A DNA stretch of 30,037 nucleotides from an uncultured Clostridia bacterium (lineage in GTDB: Bacteria > Bacillota > Clostridia > Christensenellales > CAG-138). The notes beneath the pieces are model-generated. The model made no database searches and was not told the DNA's origin. It worked only from the letters and a program-made list of their open reading frames with translations. The stretch covers positions 1 through 30,037 of the forward strand of contig CAMZAY010000001.1 in the NCBI GenBank assembly GCA_947304365.1, read 5' to 3'. Shown piece after piece: positions 1-7,833 of the stretch. Every line of letters begins with the position of its first letter. Positions within the stretch are counted from its first letter, which is position 1. Made by a program: the position numbers and the translations under genes.

Positions 1-2
1 AC

Positions 3-107
3 GACCACACCTGCGACGCGATGCACTTCGGCCTTTCGGAGTTTTCCGCAAACGTACACAATACCTCCCCCCGCTCTTTGAGAAAGGTGACGAGCTACAT
101 AAACTGA
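3..107 (+). CDS. 3' end of an unidentified CDS (partial)
   Basis: Frame 3 reads DHTCDAMHFGLSEFSANVHNTSPRSLRKVTSYIN* with mostly C/G third positions. It ends just before a strong hairpin. Confidence 0.5.
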   Translation, partial: DHTCDAMHFGLSEFSANVHNTSPRSLRKVTSYIN

Positions 108-122
108 ATCGGACGATATGAA

Positions 123-153
123 AAAGCCGCTTGAGATCGTCTCAGGCGGCTTT
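123..153. terminator. Bidirectional intrinsic terminator
   Basis: AAAGCCGCTTGAGA-TCG-TCTCAGGCGGCTTT forms a 14-bp stem with one G-T pair, between convergent genes. Confidence 0.8.
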
Positions 154-162
154 CGTTATTGA

Positions 163-1029
163 TCAGGCATTCTTTTTTAACCATTGACTTCGGTATGGAT
201 TGAATTCATGCGCGTTGAATCCGCGTGGAAGGTATTCTTCGGGAATGTACTCCTCATAGTGCAGGTCAAAAAAGTAATTGCAGTATTCCATCAGTACGTA
301 AACGATCTTACCTTCTCCGTCCGTAAGAGCATAAACGAGTCCGTGTCCCATGTCCTTATCGGTAAATATCGCCGCAATCTCGTAATCATCAAAACCGGTT
401 ATGCCGTAATAGCCCAGATACTCATTACAGCCTTTGAATTTAAGTCTCATCATTTCCTTTTCATACGCTTCCGGAGCATATTGAACTACCATATACCCCA
501 AATACTGAGGATCGAAGGGATCATAGTGCACCAATTTAAATTCGACAACGTCCATTTCATCCGTTATCTCCTCCGGCCAAATCGTTTCGTTCATCAACCT
601 TCCATACCCGGTGCCGAAATCTTCGCCCGGTCCCAACCTGTATATCTTATAATCGTTGATGCTCGTATGGACGTCGGGCTTTGCCAACATACCGTCGATC
701 AATACTGCTCCCGCCAATATTGCAAGAAGCACGATACGCGCGATCACGCTTACCAAAACAAATCCTCCAACCGAAAGCCCAATGATACCGATCATCTTCC
801 GGCGTCTTTTCCTTTTGACCTGTTTGTATGATTCGGCGATCCGTTCCGATTGCTCTTTCTCACAGCTTACTTGTTCAATCTTGTCCGCCTCGGACATATC
901 AAAGAATATCTTCTTGCAGGCAGGGCATTCCGAGAGATGCTCTTCCACTGCGGTGACAGACTCCTTGCTTGCTATGCCGTCATAATAGATGGGAAGCAGA
1001 TCTCTTATCAAGCCGCATTCATGCTTCAT
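163..1029 (-). CDS. Anti-sigma factor: N-terminal zinc-binding (ZAS/zf-HC2) domain, one TM segment, extracytoplasmic domain
   Basis: N-terminus MKHECGLIRDLLPIY...HLSECPAC carries HxxxCxxC. A basic patch precedes a hydrophobic stretch. The start overlaps the sigma factor stop codon. Confidence 0.88.
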   Translation of the reverse strand: MKHECGLIRDLLPIYYDGIASKESVTAVEEHLSECPACKKIFFDMSEADKIEQVSCEKEQSERIAESYKQVKRKRRRKMIGIIGLSVGGFVLVSVIARIVLLAILAGAVLIDGMLAKPDVHTSINDYKIYRLGPGEDFGTGYGRLMNETIWPEEITDEMDVVEFKLVHYDPFDPQYLGYMVVQYAPEAYEKEMMRLKFKGCNEYLGYYGITGFDDYEIAAIFTDKDMGHGLVYALTDGEGKIVYVLMEYCNYFFDLHYEEYIPEEYLPRGFNAHEFNPYRSQWLKKNA

Positions 1030-1514
1030 TCTATCGTCTCCTTTATTAATAATCTCGCTCTATGATACGTGACCCGCGCCCAGCTCTCCGTTTTGCCGTG
1101 GAGCCTCGCTATCTCGGAAAAAGAGAGCTCTCCGAACGCTCTCATCCAAAACACCTCTCGATACGGCTCTTTCAATGAATGGAGCGCCTCATGCACCCGC
1201 GCGGCGAGCTGAGCTGAGTCTACGCCGTCCTCCGCCGACGAGACCGGATCTTCGGAAAGCGCTTCCAGCTCATGCTGCGAGCAGGGAACTGTACGAGTAC
1301 GTTCACGAAGATGATCGTAATAGGCGTTTTTAGCTATGCTGCAGACCCAAACGTAGAATTTTCCGTCTCCTCTGTATTCATCCAGCCGATCTATTATCTT
1401 AAAAAACGTTTCCTGAGCCAACTCTTCGGAAAGGTCGGGATTGCCTGAAAGCTTTAATAGAAACGCATAGACCTGATGATAATACTCGGTATAAAGCTTT
1501 TCATACTCGTCCAG
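1026..1514 (-). CDS. ECF (sigma-70 family) RNA polymerase sigma factor, probable CTG start
   Basis: Region 2 ...LSEELAQETFFK...FYVWVCSIAKN and region 4 FWMRAFGELSFSEIARLHGKTESWARVTYHRAR are present. The frame stays open upstream of the ORF-track start (1421) to CTG at 1514, which follows GGAGG by 8 nt. Confidence 0.88.
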   Translation of the reverse strand: MDEYEKLYTEYYHQVYAFLLKLSGNPDLSEELAQETFFKIIDRLDEYRGDGKFYVWVCSIAKNAYYDHLRERTRTVPCSQHELEALSEDPVSSAEDGVDSAQLAARVHEALHSLKEPYREVFWMRAFGELSFSEIARLHGKTESWARVTYHRARLLIKETIE

Positions 1515-1539
1515 ACAACTCGCCTCCCTTCGCTAATAT

Positions 1540-1565
1540 GACGGAAAAAAATGCTGATCGTTACA
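1540..1565 (-). promoter_or_regulatory. ECF-type promoter, probably autoregulatory
   Basis: The minus strand reads TGTAAC-N16-CGTC, resembling B. subtilis SigX/SigM/SigW promoters, about 25 nt upstream of the sigma gene. Confidence 0.6.
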
Positions 1566-1568
1566 AAT

Positions 1569-1597
1569 ATATTATTTGACGATATCTCTGTGGTCAA
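1569..1597 (-). promoter_or_regulatory. Sigma-A-like promoter upstream of the ECF sigma gene
   Basis: The minus strand reads TTGACC-N17-TAATAT. A TTGAC-N12-GTCAA inverted repeat overlaps it. Confidence 0.45.
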
Positions 1598-1706
1598 GCT
1601 TCGTCGCAGTTTTTGCAGATTTTGTCCTGAATGCAATGCAGGACCGCTTCCGGAGCGGTCCCATTTTCTCGATACTTACGTTGCATTGTCTCCAAGCCCT
1701 TTTGGG

Positions 1707-2219
1707 TCATACGGCATGAACGTATTCCATCCCATACGCACGATCGTTGACCGTGCCGGAAAGACGGTTAATACCGTTCTCCGAAACGATGCGGAAGCCG
1801 CAGGAAATATGTGTGCGTACTGACGGGGCGTTGGTCTTCGATACGCAGTCCGCTATCACGAACGGTCCATACTGCCCGAGTTTTTCAAACACGGCACAGA
1901 TGAGTCTCTTTGCCGAGCCGCGGCGCCTGCTGTCGGGGCGCGTTTCAAACGCCTCAAGATAATATGACCAGCCTCCGATCGTACTTAGCCGCAGCGCGCT
2001 CACCCACTCCCCTTCTTCTTCGAGTACGAAATACTTGTTGCCTTTCTTCCCGAAGAATTCGTTTAGGAATCCGACGAACTTCCTTTCTTCCTTTCCGACC
2101 GCAAAGGAGAGCTCTTCGTCCGGATAAAACTCCGCCGCGTTCTCGGCGATGCTTTCCGAGTAGATATCAAGCAGCCTGCGGATATCGATCTCTTTCTTTT
2201 CAGTAAAATACAAAAGCAC
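1707..2219 (-). CDS. GNAT family N-acetyltransferase
   Basis: 170 aa with an acetyl-CoA-binding-like motif ETRPDSRRRGSAKRLI and C-terminal NAPSVRTHISCGF. GTG start 6 nt after the permease stop. Confidence 0.75.
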   Translation of the reverse strand: MLLYFTEKKEIDIRRLLDIYSESIAENAAEFYPDEELSFAVGKEERKFVGFLNEFFGKKGNKYFVLEEEGEWVSALRLSTIGGWSYYLEAFETRPDSRRRGSAKRLICAVFEKLGQYGPFVIADCVSKTNAPSVRTHISCGFRIVSENGINRLSGTVNDRAYGMEYVHAV

Positions 2220-2225
2220 ATCCGA

Positions 2226-3014
2226 TCACGCCCTTATATCCTTCCTGTTGTACTTTATGAACGCCGCGGCGATACCGATAAGAGTGAACGCGGCGCCGGG
2301 GATCAAGTATTTCGCCTCGATCCCTCCGTTCGCAACTATCGCCGTGCCGTCGGCGTAGGAGAACGGGGTTATGTACCTTAAAAACTCCGCTTCGTCCGTA
2401 AGGTTCGCGAGTATGTTCATGAAATAGAGCACGAACGCGGCGCCGAGACCGATGCCGAGCCCGTTCCCCTTTATGAACGCGGAAAGCCCGAACATCACGC
2501 AGGCGATCTCCGTCTGCATCAAAAGGTAGCCGAGGAACACGCTGAAGAACAGCTTTGTCCCTATCTTCTCGCCTATGGCGAGGCTTGCGAGGAACGAGGC
2601 GAGCGCGACCGCGATATTGAGTATCAGCACCTCGGCGATCACCGCCGCGAGCTTGCGGGAGACCACGTACGAGCGGGAGACCGGATGGGTGAGCAGGAAC
2701 TCCGCCGTGCGCTCCCTTTCCTCTTTGGCGAGGGCGCTTATGCCGAGGAGTGCCGCGAAGAACGCGCCGCCCAATCCCAGCACGTTGCCGCATTCCACGG
2801 CGAAATAGCCGCTGAACTCGCCGAAATTGATCTTGTCCATATTGAACGCCTGTGAAAAGCCGCCCATCTCGGCGAACATATCGCCCATCTCGCTCATCTG
2901 GGAGGTCATCTGCGGGTAAATGAGTATGCTCAGGCACAGCATGAAGGCGATCGCCGCCGTCCAAACGATGAGCTTTATCCTGTCCCTTTTAAGCTCATGG
3001 AAAAACAGAGTCAT
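2226..3014 (-). CDS. ABC-2 type transporter permease
   Basis: About six hydrophobic segments and the motif KEERERTAEFLLTHPVSR. Lies directly downstream of an ABC ATPase. Confidence 0.88.
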   Translation of the reverse strand: MTLFFHELKRDRIKLIVWTAAIAFMLCLSILIYPQMTSQMSEMGDMFAEMGGFSQAFNMDKINFGEFSGYFAVECGNVLGLGGAFFAALLGISALAKEERERTAEFLLTHPVSRSYVVSRKLAAVIAEVLILNIAVALASFLASLAIGEKIGTKLFFSVFLGYLLMQTEIACVMFGLSAFIKGNGLGIGLGAAFVLYFMNILANLTDEAEFLRYITPFSYADGTAIVANGGIEAKYLIPGAAFTLIGIAAAFIKYNRKDIRA

Positions 3015-3015
3015 A

Positions 3016-3891
3016 TCACTCGCCCTCCCTTTCGTAATAGTGCATGAAAACGTCCTCTATATCGGGATCGGTGAGCGTGATATCCTCGAACGAGAGCCCC
3101 GCGAGCGCCTTGACGAGCGCGTCCGCGCGTCCGCTGTACAAAAAGCTCATTCCGGAAGCGCATATATTTACGTCCCTCATGCCGTCTATCTCGGGCAGCC
3201 TGTCCGCGCCGTGCAGGGTAACGCGCTTTACGCCCGTGCCGGTGAGATTATCGACGCTGTCCTCCTTGATAAGCCTGCCCTCGCGCAGGATCCCGGCGCG
3301 GGTGCAGTAGCGCCCGATCTCCGACAGCACGTGCGAGGAGAGGAACACTGTTGCGCCCTCCTCGTTCCTTTCCCGGAGCAGAGCGAAAAACTCGCGCTGG
3401 ATGAGCGGATCGAGCCCGCTCGTCGGCTCGTCGAGTATGTAGAGGCGGGGCTTGTGCTGCATCGCGGCGACTATGCCCACCTTTTTGCGGTTGCCGAGGG
3501 AGAGCTCCCCGACCTTGCGGTCAAGCTCGAGCCCGAGCCTTTCCGAAAGGCGCTTCGCCTCCTCGCGGCAGTCCTTTTTCCTGAGCTTTGCGGAGAATTC
3601 AAGCACCTCCTTCACGCGCATACCGCCGTAAAACGACGCCTCGGATGGAAGATAGCCGACCTCCTTCAATATCCTTTCCTTGTCCTTTTCGATATCCATG
3701 CCGAGCACGCTCGCGCTGCCGCCGCTCTTTTTTATGAGCCCGAGCAGCGTGCGGATCGTGGTGCTTTTGCCCGCGCCGTTGGGACCGATGAAGCCGAATA
3801 TCTCGCCCTCCTCAACGGTGAGATCGACGTTCTCTATGCCCCTTGCCCTGCCGTAAAACTTGGTAAGGCCATTCGTTTCGATGGCTTTCAT
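3016..3891 (-). CDS. ABC transporter ATP-binding protein (CcmA/multidrug-export type)
   Basis: Walker A GPNGAGKST, signature LSLGN, Walker B YILDEPTSGLD, H-loop LSSH. The start at 3891 overlaps the MATE stop (ATGA). Confidence 0.93.
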   Translation of the reverse strand: MKAIETNGLTKFYGRARGIENVDLTVEEGEIFGFIGPNGAGKSTTIRTLLGLIKKSGGSASVLGMDIEKDKERILKEVGYLPSEASFYGGMRVKEVLEFSAKLRKKDCREEAKRLSERLGLELDRKVGELSLGNRKKVGIVAAMQHKPRLYILDEPTSGLDPLIQREFFALLRERNEEGATVFLSSHVLSEIGRYCTRAGILREGRLIKEDSVDNLTGTGVKRVTLHGADRLPEIDGMRDVNICASGMSFLYSGRADALVKALAGLSFEDITLTDPDIEDVFMHYYEREGE

Positions 3892-5270
3892 CCGGTGATC
3901 CTTTCCTTTCTCCATTTAAGATAATACACTCCGAACAATATGAACAGCAGAATATTATGCCCTATCATGCACGCCCAGGCCGCCTCGAGCCCGAGGCCCA
4001 GGAGCTTTATGCATATGAAAGTGCCGAGTATCCTGACGCCCCACATGCCGACCATATTGAATATGAACGGAGCGACGGTCTTGCCCGCGCCCTGGAGCAT
4101 GCCCTCGATCACCAGCGCGACGCCGAATATCGGCTCCGAACAGGCGACCATCCTCAAAACCGTGCTGCCGAGCCTTATCACCGCGGGATCCTTGCTGAAA
4201 AGCCCCGCCATGCGCGGCGCGAAAATGAACAGGAGCGCGCCCGAAACGACCATGAGCGCCGTCTCGAACAGCATAATGACCCTCGCGGTGTCCCTGAGCT
4301 TCTTCCTGTCGCCCGCGCCGATGGCGTTCCCCGCAAGCGTTGCGGAGGCGCTCATCATGCCGTAGCCGGGTATGTAGAACGCGGACTCGACGGTATTCGC
4401 GACGGTGTGCGCGGCCGTGGATATCTCGCCCAGAGAATTGATCATCGCCGCGAACGCGACGTAGCCGAGGCTTGTGCCGAACCTTTGCAGCATATTCGGG
4501 AAGGCGACCCGCATACAGGGGACGAGCACCGTTTTATCGGGCTTTATGGAGAAGCCCCTTGGCGAGACCTCCTTATGCTTAAAGAGCGCGATCGTTATCG
4601 CGGCGCCGCCGAAGAGCACGCTGACGGCGCTTGCCGCGGCGGCTCCCTTCACGCCGAGCCCCGCGCCCCAGACGCGAAGCGCGCGCCCGAAAACCGAGAT
4701 ATCCCGCGTTTCGTAGATCAGCAGGAAATTGAGTATCACGTTTATAAGATTCACGCCTATCCCCACCCGCATGGGCGTTTTCGTATCGCCCGCGGCGCGG
4801 AGCACCGTGCCGAATATTATGGTCGCCGTCCTCGGCAGAGTGGGCAGGTACAGTATGAAGAAATAGCTCCACGCAAGGGGGCGGATGTTCTTGTCGACCT
4901 GCATCCACGCGGGCACGAAGAAGCTCAATGAAAGCGTTATCGCCGTGAACAAAAGCCCCACGACGAGCACCGCGAGCACGCTTTGAGCGGAGGCCTTCTT
5001 CGCAAGCTCCTTTTCCCCGCCGCCGAGCTTCTGCGATATGAACGCGAGGAAGCCCACGCCGAACGCGGAGATCGTACTGCCGACGAGCCAGTTGACCGTC
5101 GTCGTCGAGCCGACCGCCGCAGTCGCCGCCGTGCCGAGCGCGCCGACCATGGCGACGTCGATGTACTGCACGGCGGTCTGCATGAGCTGTTCGAGCATTG
5201 TCGGCCAGGCGAGCGTTATCACTGGCTTGAAAAGCGAGGCGTTTATTAACTTTTCCCGTTTCTTTTCCAT
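3888..5270 (-). CDS. MATE family efflux transporter
   Basis: 460 aa with about 12 TM segments. Typical motifs: LAWPTMLEQLMQ, DVAMVG, LRAAGDTKTPM, GMLQGAG. Confidence 0.92.
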   Translation of the reverse strand: MEKKREKLINASLFKPVITLAWPTMLEQLMQTAVQYIDVAMVGALGTAATAAVGSTTTVNWLVGSTISAFGVGFLAFISQKLGGGEKELAKKASAQSVLAVLVVGLLFTAITLSLSFFVPAWMQVDKNIRPLAWSYFFILYLPTLPRTATIIFGTVLRAAGDTKTPMRVGIGVNLINVILNFLLIYETRDISVFGRALRVWGAGLGVKGAAAASAVSVLFGGAAITIALFKHKEVSPRGFSIKPDKTVLVPCMRVAFPNMLQRFGTSLGYVAFAAMINSLGEISTAAHTVANTVESAFYIPGYGMMSASATLAGNAIGAGDRKKLRDTARVIMLFETALMVVSGALLFIFAPRMAGLFSKDPAVIRLGSTVLRMVACSEPIFGVALVIEGMLQGAGKTVAPFIFNMVGMWGVRILGTFICIKLLGLGLEAAWACMIGHNILLFILFGVYYLKWRKERITG

Positions 5271-5298
5271 TCTGTTCCTCTTTCGTTATATTGTTTCG

Positions 5299-5327
5299 AT
5301 TATACCAAATCGGCGGCCCGTTTACAA
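5299..5327 (-). promoter_or_regulatory. Sigma-A promoter of the MATE-ABC-GNAT operon
   Basis: TTGTAA-N17-TATAAT with an extended TGn motif. Confidence 0.72.
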
Positions 5328-5342
5328 TAGCGCTTCCGATGT

Positions 5343-5370
5343 TTGAATCCCGCGCGAAATATGTTATAAT
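5343..5370 (+). promoter_or_regulatory. Sigma-A promoter of luxE-luxC
   Basis: TTGAAT-N16-TATAAT with extended TGn. RBS AGGAGG at 5389-5394. Confidence 0.7.
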
Positions 5371-5399
5371 CTGATAAAACAAAGCTTTAGGAGGCGTCC

Positions 5400-6518
5400 A
5401 TGGACGAAAGGCGGAAGCTGTTTTTGAAGCGCGATCCCTATTCCCCGCCGAAGGACGGCGCGCTTTTCCTGCGCTCCGTCAGGGCGCTTACGGAGCATCA
5501 TATAAGGAACTGCCCCGAATACGCGCGCATACTCGAGGAGCGCGGGTTTTCGCCCGATATGCTCCGCTCCGAGGAGGATCTTTACAAGCTGCCCGTAATA
5601 CCGACGCTGTATCTTAAGAGGAACCGCCTCTTTTCCGTTGATGAAAAAGAACTGCGCGTAAAGGCGTCCTCGTCCGGAACGAAGGGCAAAAAAAGCGTGG
5701 TGGGGCTTGACAAAAAGAGCCTTCGCCTCGGGATTGGCATGATGTTCCGCTTTTTCAAATACCACGGGATAATCTCCCCCGTGCCCGTCAACTACATCGT
5801 GCTTGGGTACGAGCCGAGCGCGCACGCCGACATGGGCGCTATAAAGACCGCCTACGGGACGACAAAATTCGCGCCGGCGCTCTCCCGCACGTACGCGCTG
5901 AAGGACACCGGCAGCGATTACGAACTCAACCTCGAGGGCGTAAAAAGGGCGCTGATCAAAGCGGCGAAGTCCCCCTTCCCAGTAAGGTTCGTGGGATTCC
6001 CGCCCTATATGTATTTCCTTATGAAAATGCTTAAGGACGAGGGGATCCGCCTGAAAACGGGCCGCCGTTCGACGGTGCTTCTCGGCGGAGGCTGGAAGGG
6101 CTTTTCGGGGCTTGAGATCGACCGGGAGGAGTTCCTTCGTCTGCTTGACGAGGTCCTCGGCATTGGGCGGGAGCGCTGTTTTGAGTTTTACAGCGCCGTG
6201 GAGCACCCTATGGCTTACGTAAAATGCAGCGAGGGGCATTTCCACATCCCCTGTTACAGCCGCGTGATAATACGCGATATCGCTTCGCTTGAGCCGGTAA
6301 AGGACGGCGAGGCGGGGCTCTTGAGCTTTGTAACGCCGCTCGTCACGTCCATGCCGCTCGTCAGCGTCGTTACGGACGATATCGCCGTAAGGCATGAAGG
6401 ACCCTGCGCCTGCGGGCTCAATGCGCCGTATTTCGATCTTTTGGGCAGGGCGGGCGTGGCCGGCATAAAGACCTGCGTTTCCGGCGCGAACGAGTTTTTG
6501 GGAGGGAAGAATGCTTGA
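5400..6518 (+). CDS. luxE: LuxE-family acyl-protein synthetase
   Basis: N-terminal HHIRNCPEYARIL, P-loop-like SSSGTKG, GGGWK, FYSAVEH, PLVSVVTDD and C-terminal LGRAGVAGIKTC with the family's terminal Cys. Family-level call only. Confidence 0.82.
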   Translation: MDERRKLFLKRDPYSPPKDGALFLRSVRALTEHHIRNCPEYARILEERGFSPDMLRSEEDLYKLPVIPTLYLKRNRLFSVDEKELRVKASSSGTKGKKSVVGLDKKSLRLGIGMMFRFFKYHGIISPVPVNYIVLGYEPSAHADMGAIKTAYGTTKFAPALSRTYALKDTGSDYELNLEGVKRALIKAAKSPFPVRFVGFPPYMYFLMKMLKDEGIRLKTGRRSTVLLGGGWKGFSGLEIDREEFLRLLDEVLGIGRERCFEFYSAVEHPMAYVKCSEGHFHIPCYSRVIIRDIASLEPVKDGEAGLLSFVTPLVTSMPLVSVVTDDIAVRHEGPCACGLNAPYFDLLGRAGVAGIKTCVSGANEFLGGKNA

Positions 6519-7788
6519 CGTGATAAACAAGCTGATGGGTACAGCCGAAAAGCCCGATATGGAAGCCCTTAAACAGCGCGTCTCGGCGGCAAGGCGGCTT
6601 CCCGCGCTTGACCGTGAGAAGGTGATACGCGCCTGCGGCGCGCTCTCCCGCGAGCTTGCCTCCCCCGAATACGCCGCCATGCTTTCGGGGCTCGGCATGC
6701 CGGAGGAAAAGATACGGCGGGAGATCTCGCTTGCGGCGGAAATGCTTTCGGAGGGGTATCTGCGCGAAAGGGTCAAAACGGAGCTCGGCGAAACGGAGGA
6801 CGCTGTTTTCACTCCGTTCGGGAGCGCCCGCCCGGTAAAGCGCGGGTTGAGGCCCCTCGGCGTGCTCCTTCACATATCGGCGGGGAACGTGGACGCGCTG
6901 CCCGCATTCAGCGTGATAGAGGGGCTTTTGACCGGCAACGTGAACCTTTTGAAGCTCCCGCGGGAGGATAACGGGCTTTCCGCCGCCGCACTCGAGCGGC
7001 TTTGCGTGATCGAGCCCGCGATCGAGCCATTCGTCGAGGTGCTCGACGTGCCCTCGACCGATACGGAAACGCTTGCCGCGCTCGCCGGGCTTTCGGACGC
7101 GGTGGTCGTCTGGGGCGGGGACGAGGCGGTCGCCGCCGCAAGGAGGCTTGCAAGGCCTGATACCCGCTTGATCGAGTGGGGACATAAGCTGAGCTTCGCC
7201 TATTTTTCCGGCGCGCAGGCTGACGCGGCGCTTTATTCCGCAGCGGAGAACATCTGCATGACCGAGCAGCTTTACTGCAGCTCCTGCCAGGGGATATATC
7301 TCGATACGGACGATTTTGAAGAGGTCTGCCGCTTTGCGGAGCGGTTCGCCGCGATACTGGGCGAGGTATCGGAAAAATATCCGTTCTCCGGCGGAGACCG
7401 GATACGGGCGCAGAAAACGCTGGAGCTTTATACCGAGGAGCTTGAAGCCCGCCCGAACGAAAAGCGGGTATTCCGTGCAAACGGCGCGGGGGTGATCGCC
7501 GTGAACGACGGCGCCCTCGAAGCATCGTACCAGTTCCGCTGTCCGTGGGTGAAGCCGCTGAAAAGGGAGAGGCTCCCCGAAACGCTCGCACCGTATAAAA
7601 ACCGATTGCAGACGGTGTTTTTGAGCTGCGCCGACGAAGATAAAGACGCGCTGTCGGAGCTTTTGCTCAAGACCGGCGTCTTCCGTATAACGGACGGGAG
7701 GCTCATGTCCCGGGAATACTGCGGCATGCCGCACGACGGGGAGTATCCGCTGCTAAGATACATGAAGCGCGTATCGGTGGAAATATGA
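6511..7788 (+). CDS. luxC: LuxC-family acyl-CoA/acyl-protein reductase
   Basis: RPLGVLLHISAGNV, LLTGNVNLLKLP, VVVWGGDEAV, IEWGHKLSF and catalytic-type EQLYCSSCQ. Overlaps the luxE stop by 8 nt. Family-level call only. Confidence 0.82.
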   Translation: MLDVINKLMGTAEKPDMEALKQRVSAARRLPALDREKVIRACGALSRELASPEYAAMLSGLGMPEEKIRREISLAAEMLSEGYLRERVKTELGETEDAVFTPFGSARPVKRGLRPLGVLLHISAGNVDALPAFSVIEGLLTGNVNLLKLPREDNGLSAAALERLCVIEPAIEPFVEVLDVPSTDTETLAALAGLSDAVVVWGGDEAVAAARRLARPDTRLIEWGHKLSFAYFSGAQADAALYSAAENICMTEQLYCSSCQGIYLDTDDFEEVCRFAERFAAILGEVSEKYPFSGGDRIRAQKTLELYTEELEARPNEKRVFRANGAGVIAVNDGALEASYQFRCPWVKPLKRERLPETLAPYKNRLQTVFLSCADEDKDALSELLLKTGVFRITDGRLMSREYCGMPHDGEYPLLRYMKRVSVEI

Positions 7789-7791
7789 AAG

Positions 7792-7825
7792 AAACGGCCC
7801 CGGCTGCATCCGGGACCGTTTTTTT
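7792..7825. terminator. Bidirectional intrinsic terminator
   Basis: AAACGGCCCCGG-ctgcat-CCGGGACCGTTT followed by a T-tract, between convergent genes. Confidence 0.8.
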
Positions 7826-7833
7826 GCTGCGAT

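Noticed and set aside
3-107. DHTCDA motif resembling a phage terminase C-terminus
   Set aside because: It is only 34 residues, the usual following RY is absent, and there are no phage genes nearby.
1624-1661. Overlapping alternative hairpins (GTCCTG/CAGGAC and GGACCGCT/AGCGGTCC) after the GNAT gene as an attenuator
   Set aside because: They lie upstream of both candidate sigma promoters and have no U-tract. A simple 3' end structure of the GNAT operon explains them.
5400-7788. Bioluminescence
   Set aside because: No luxA/luxB or luxD is present in the window, and luciferase needs O2. The pair alone cannot make light.
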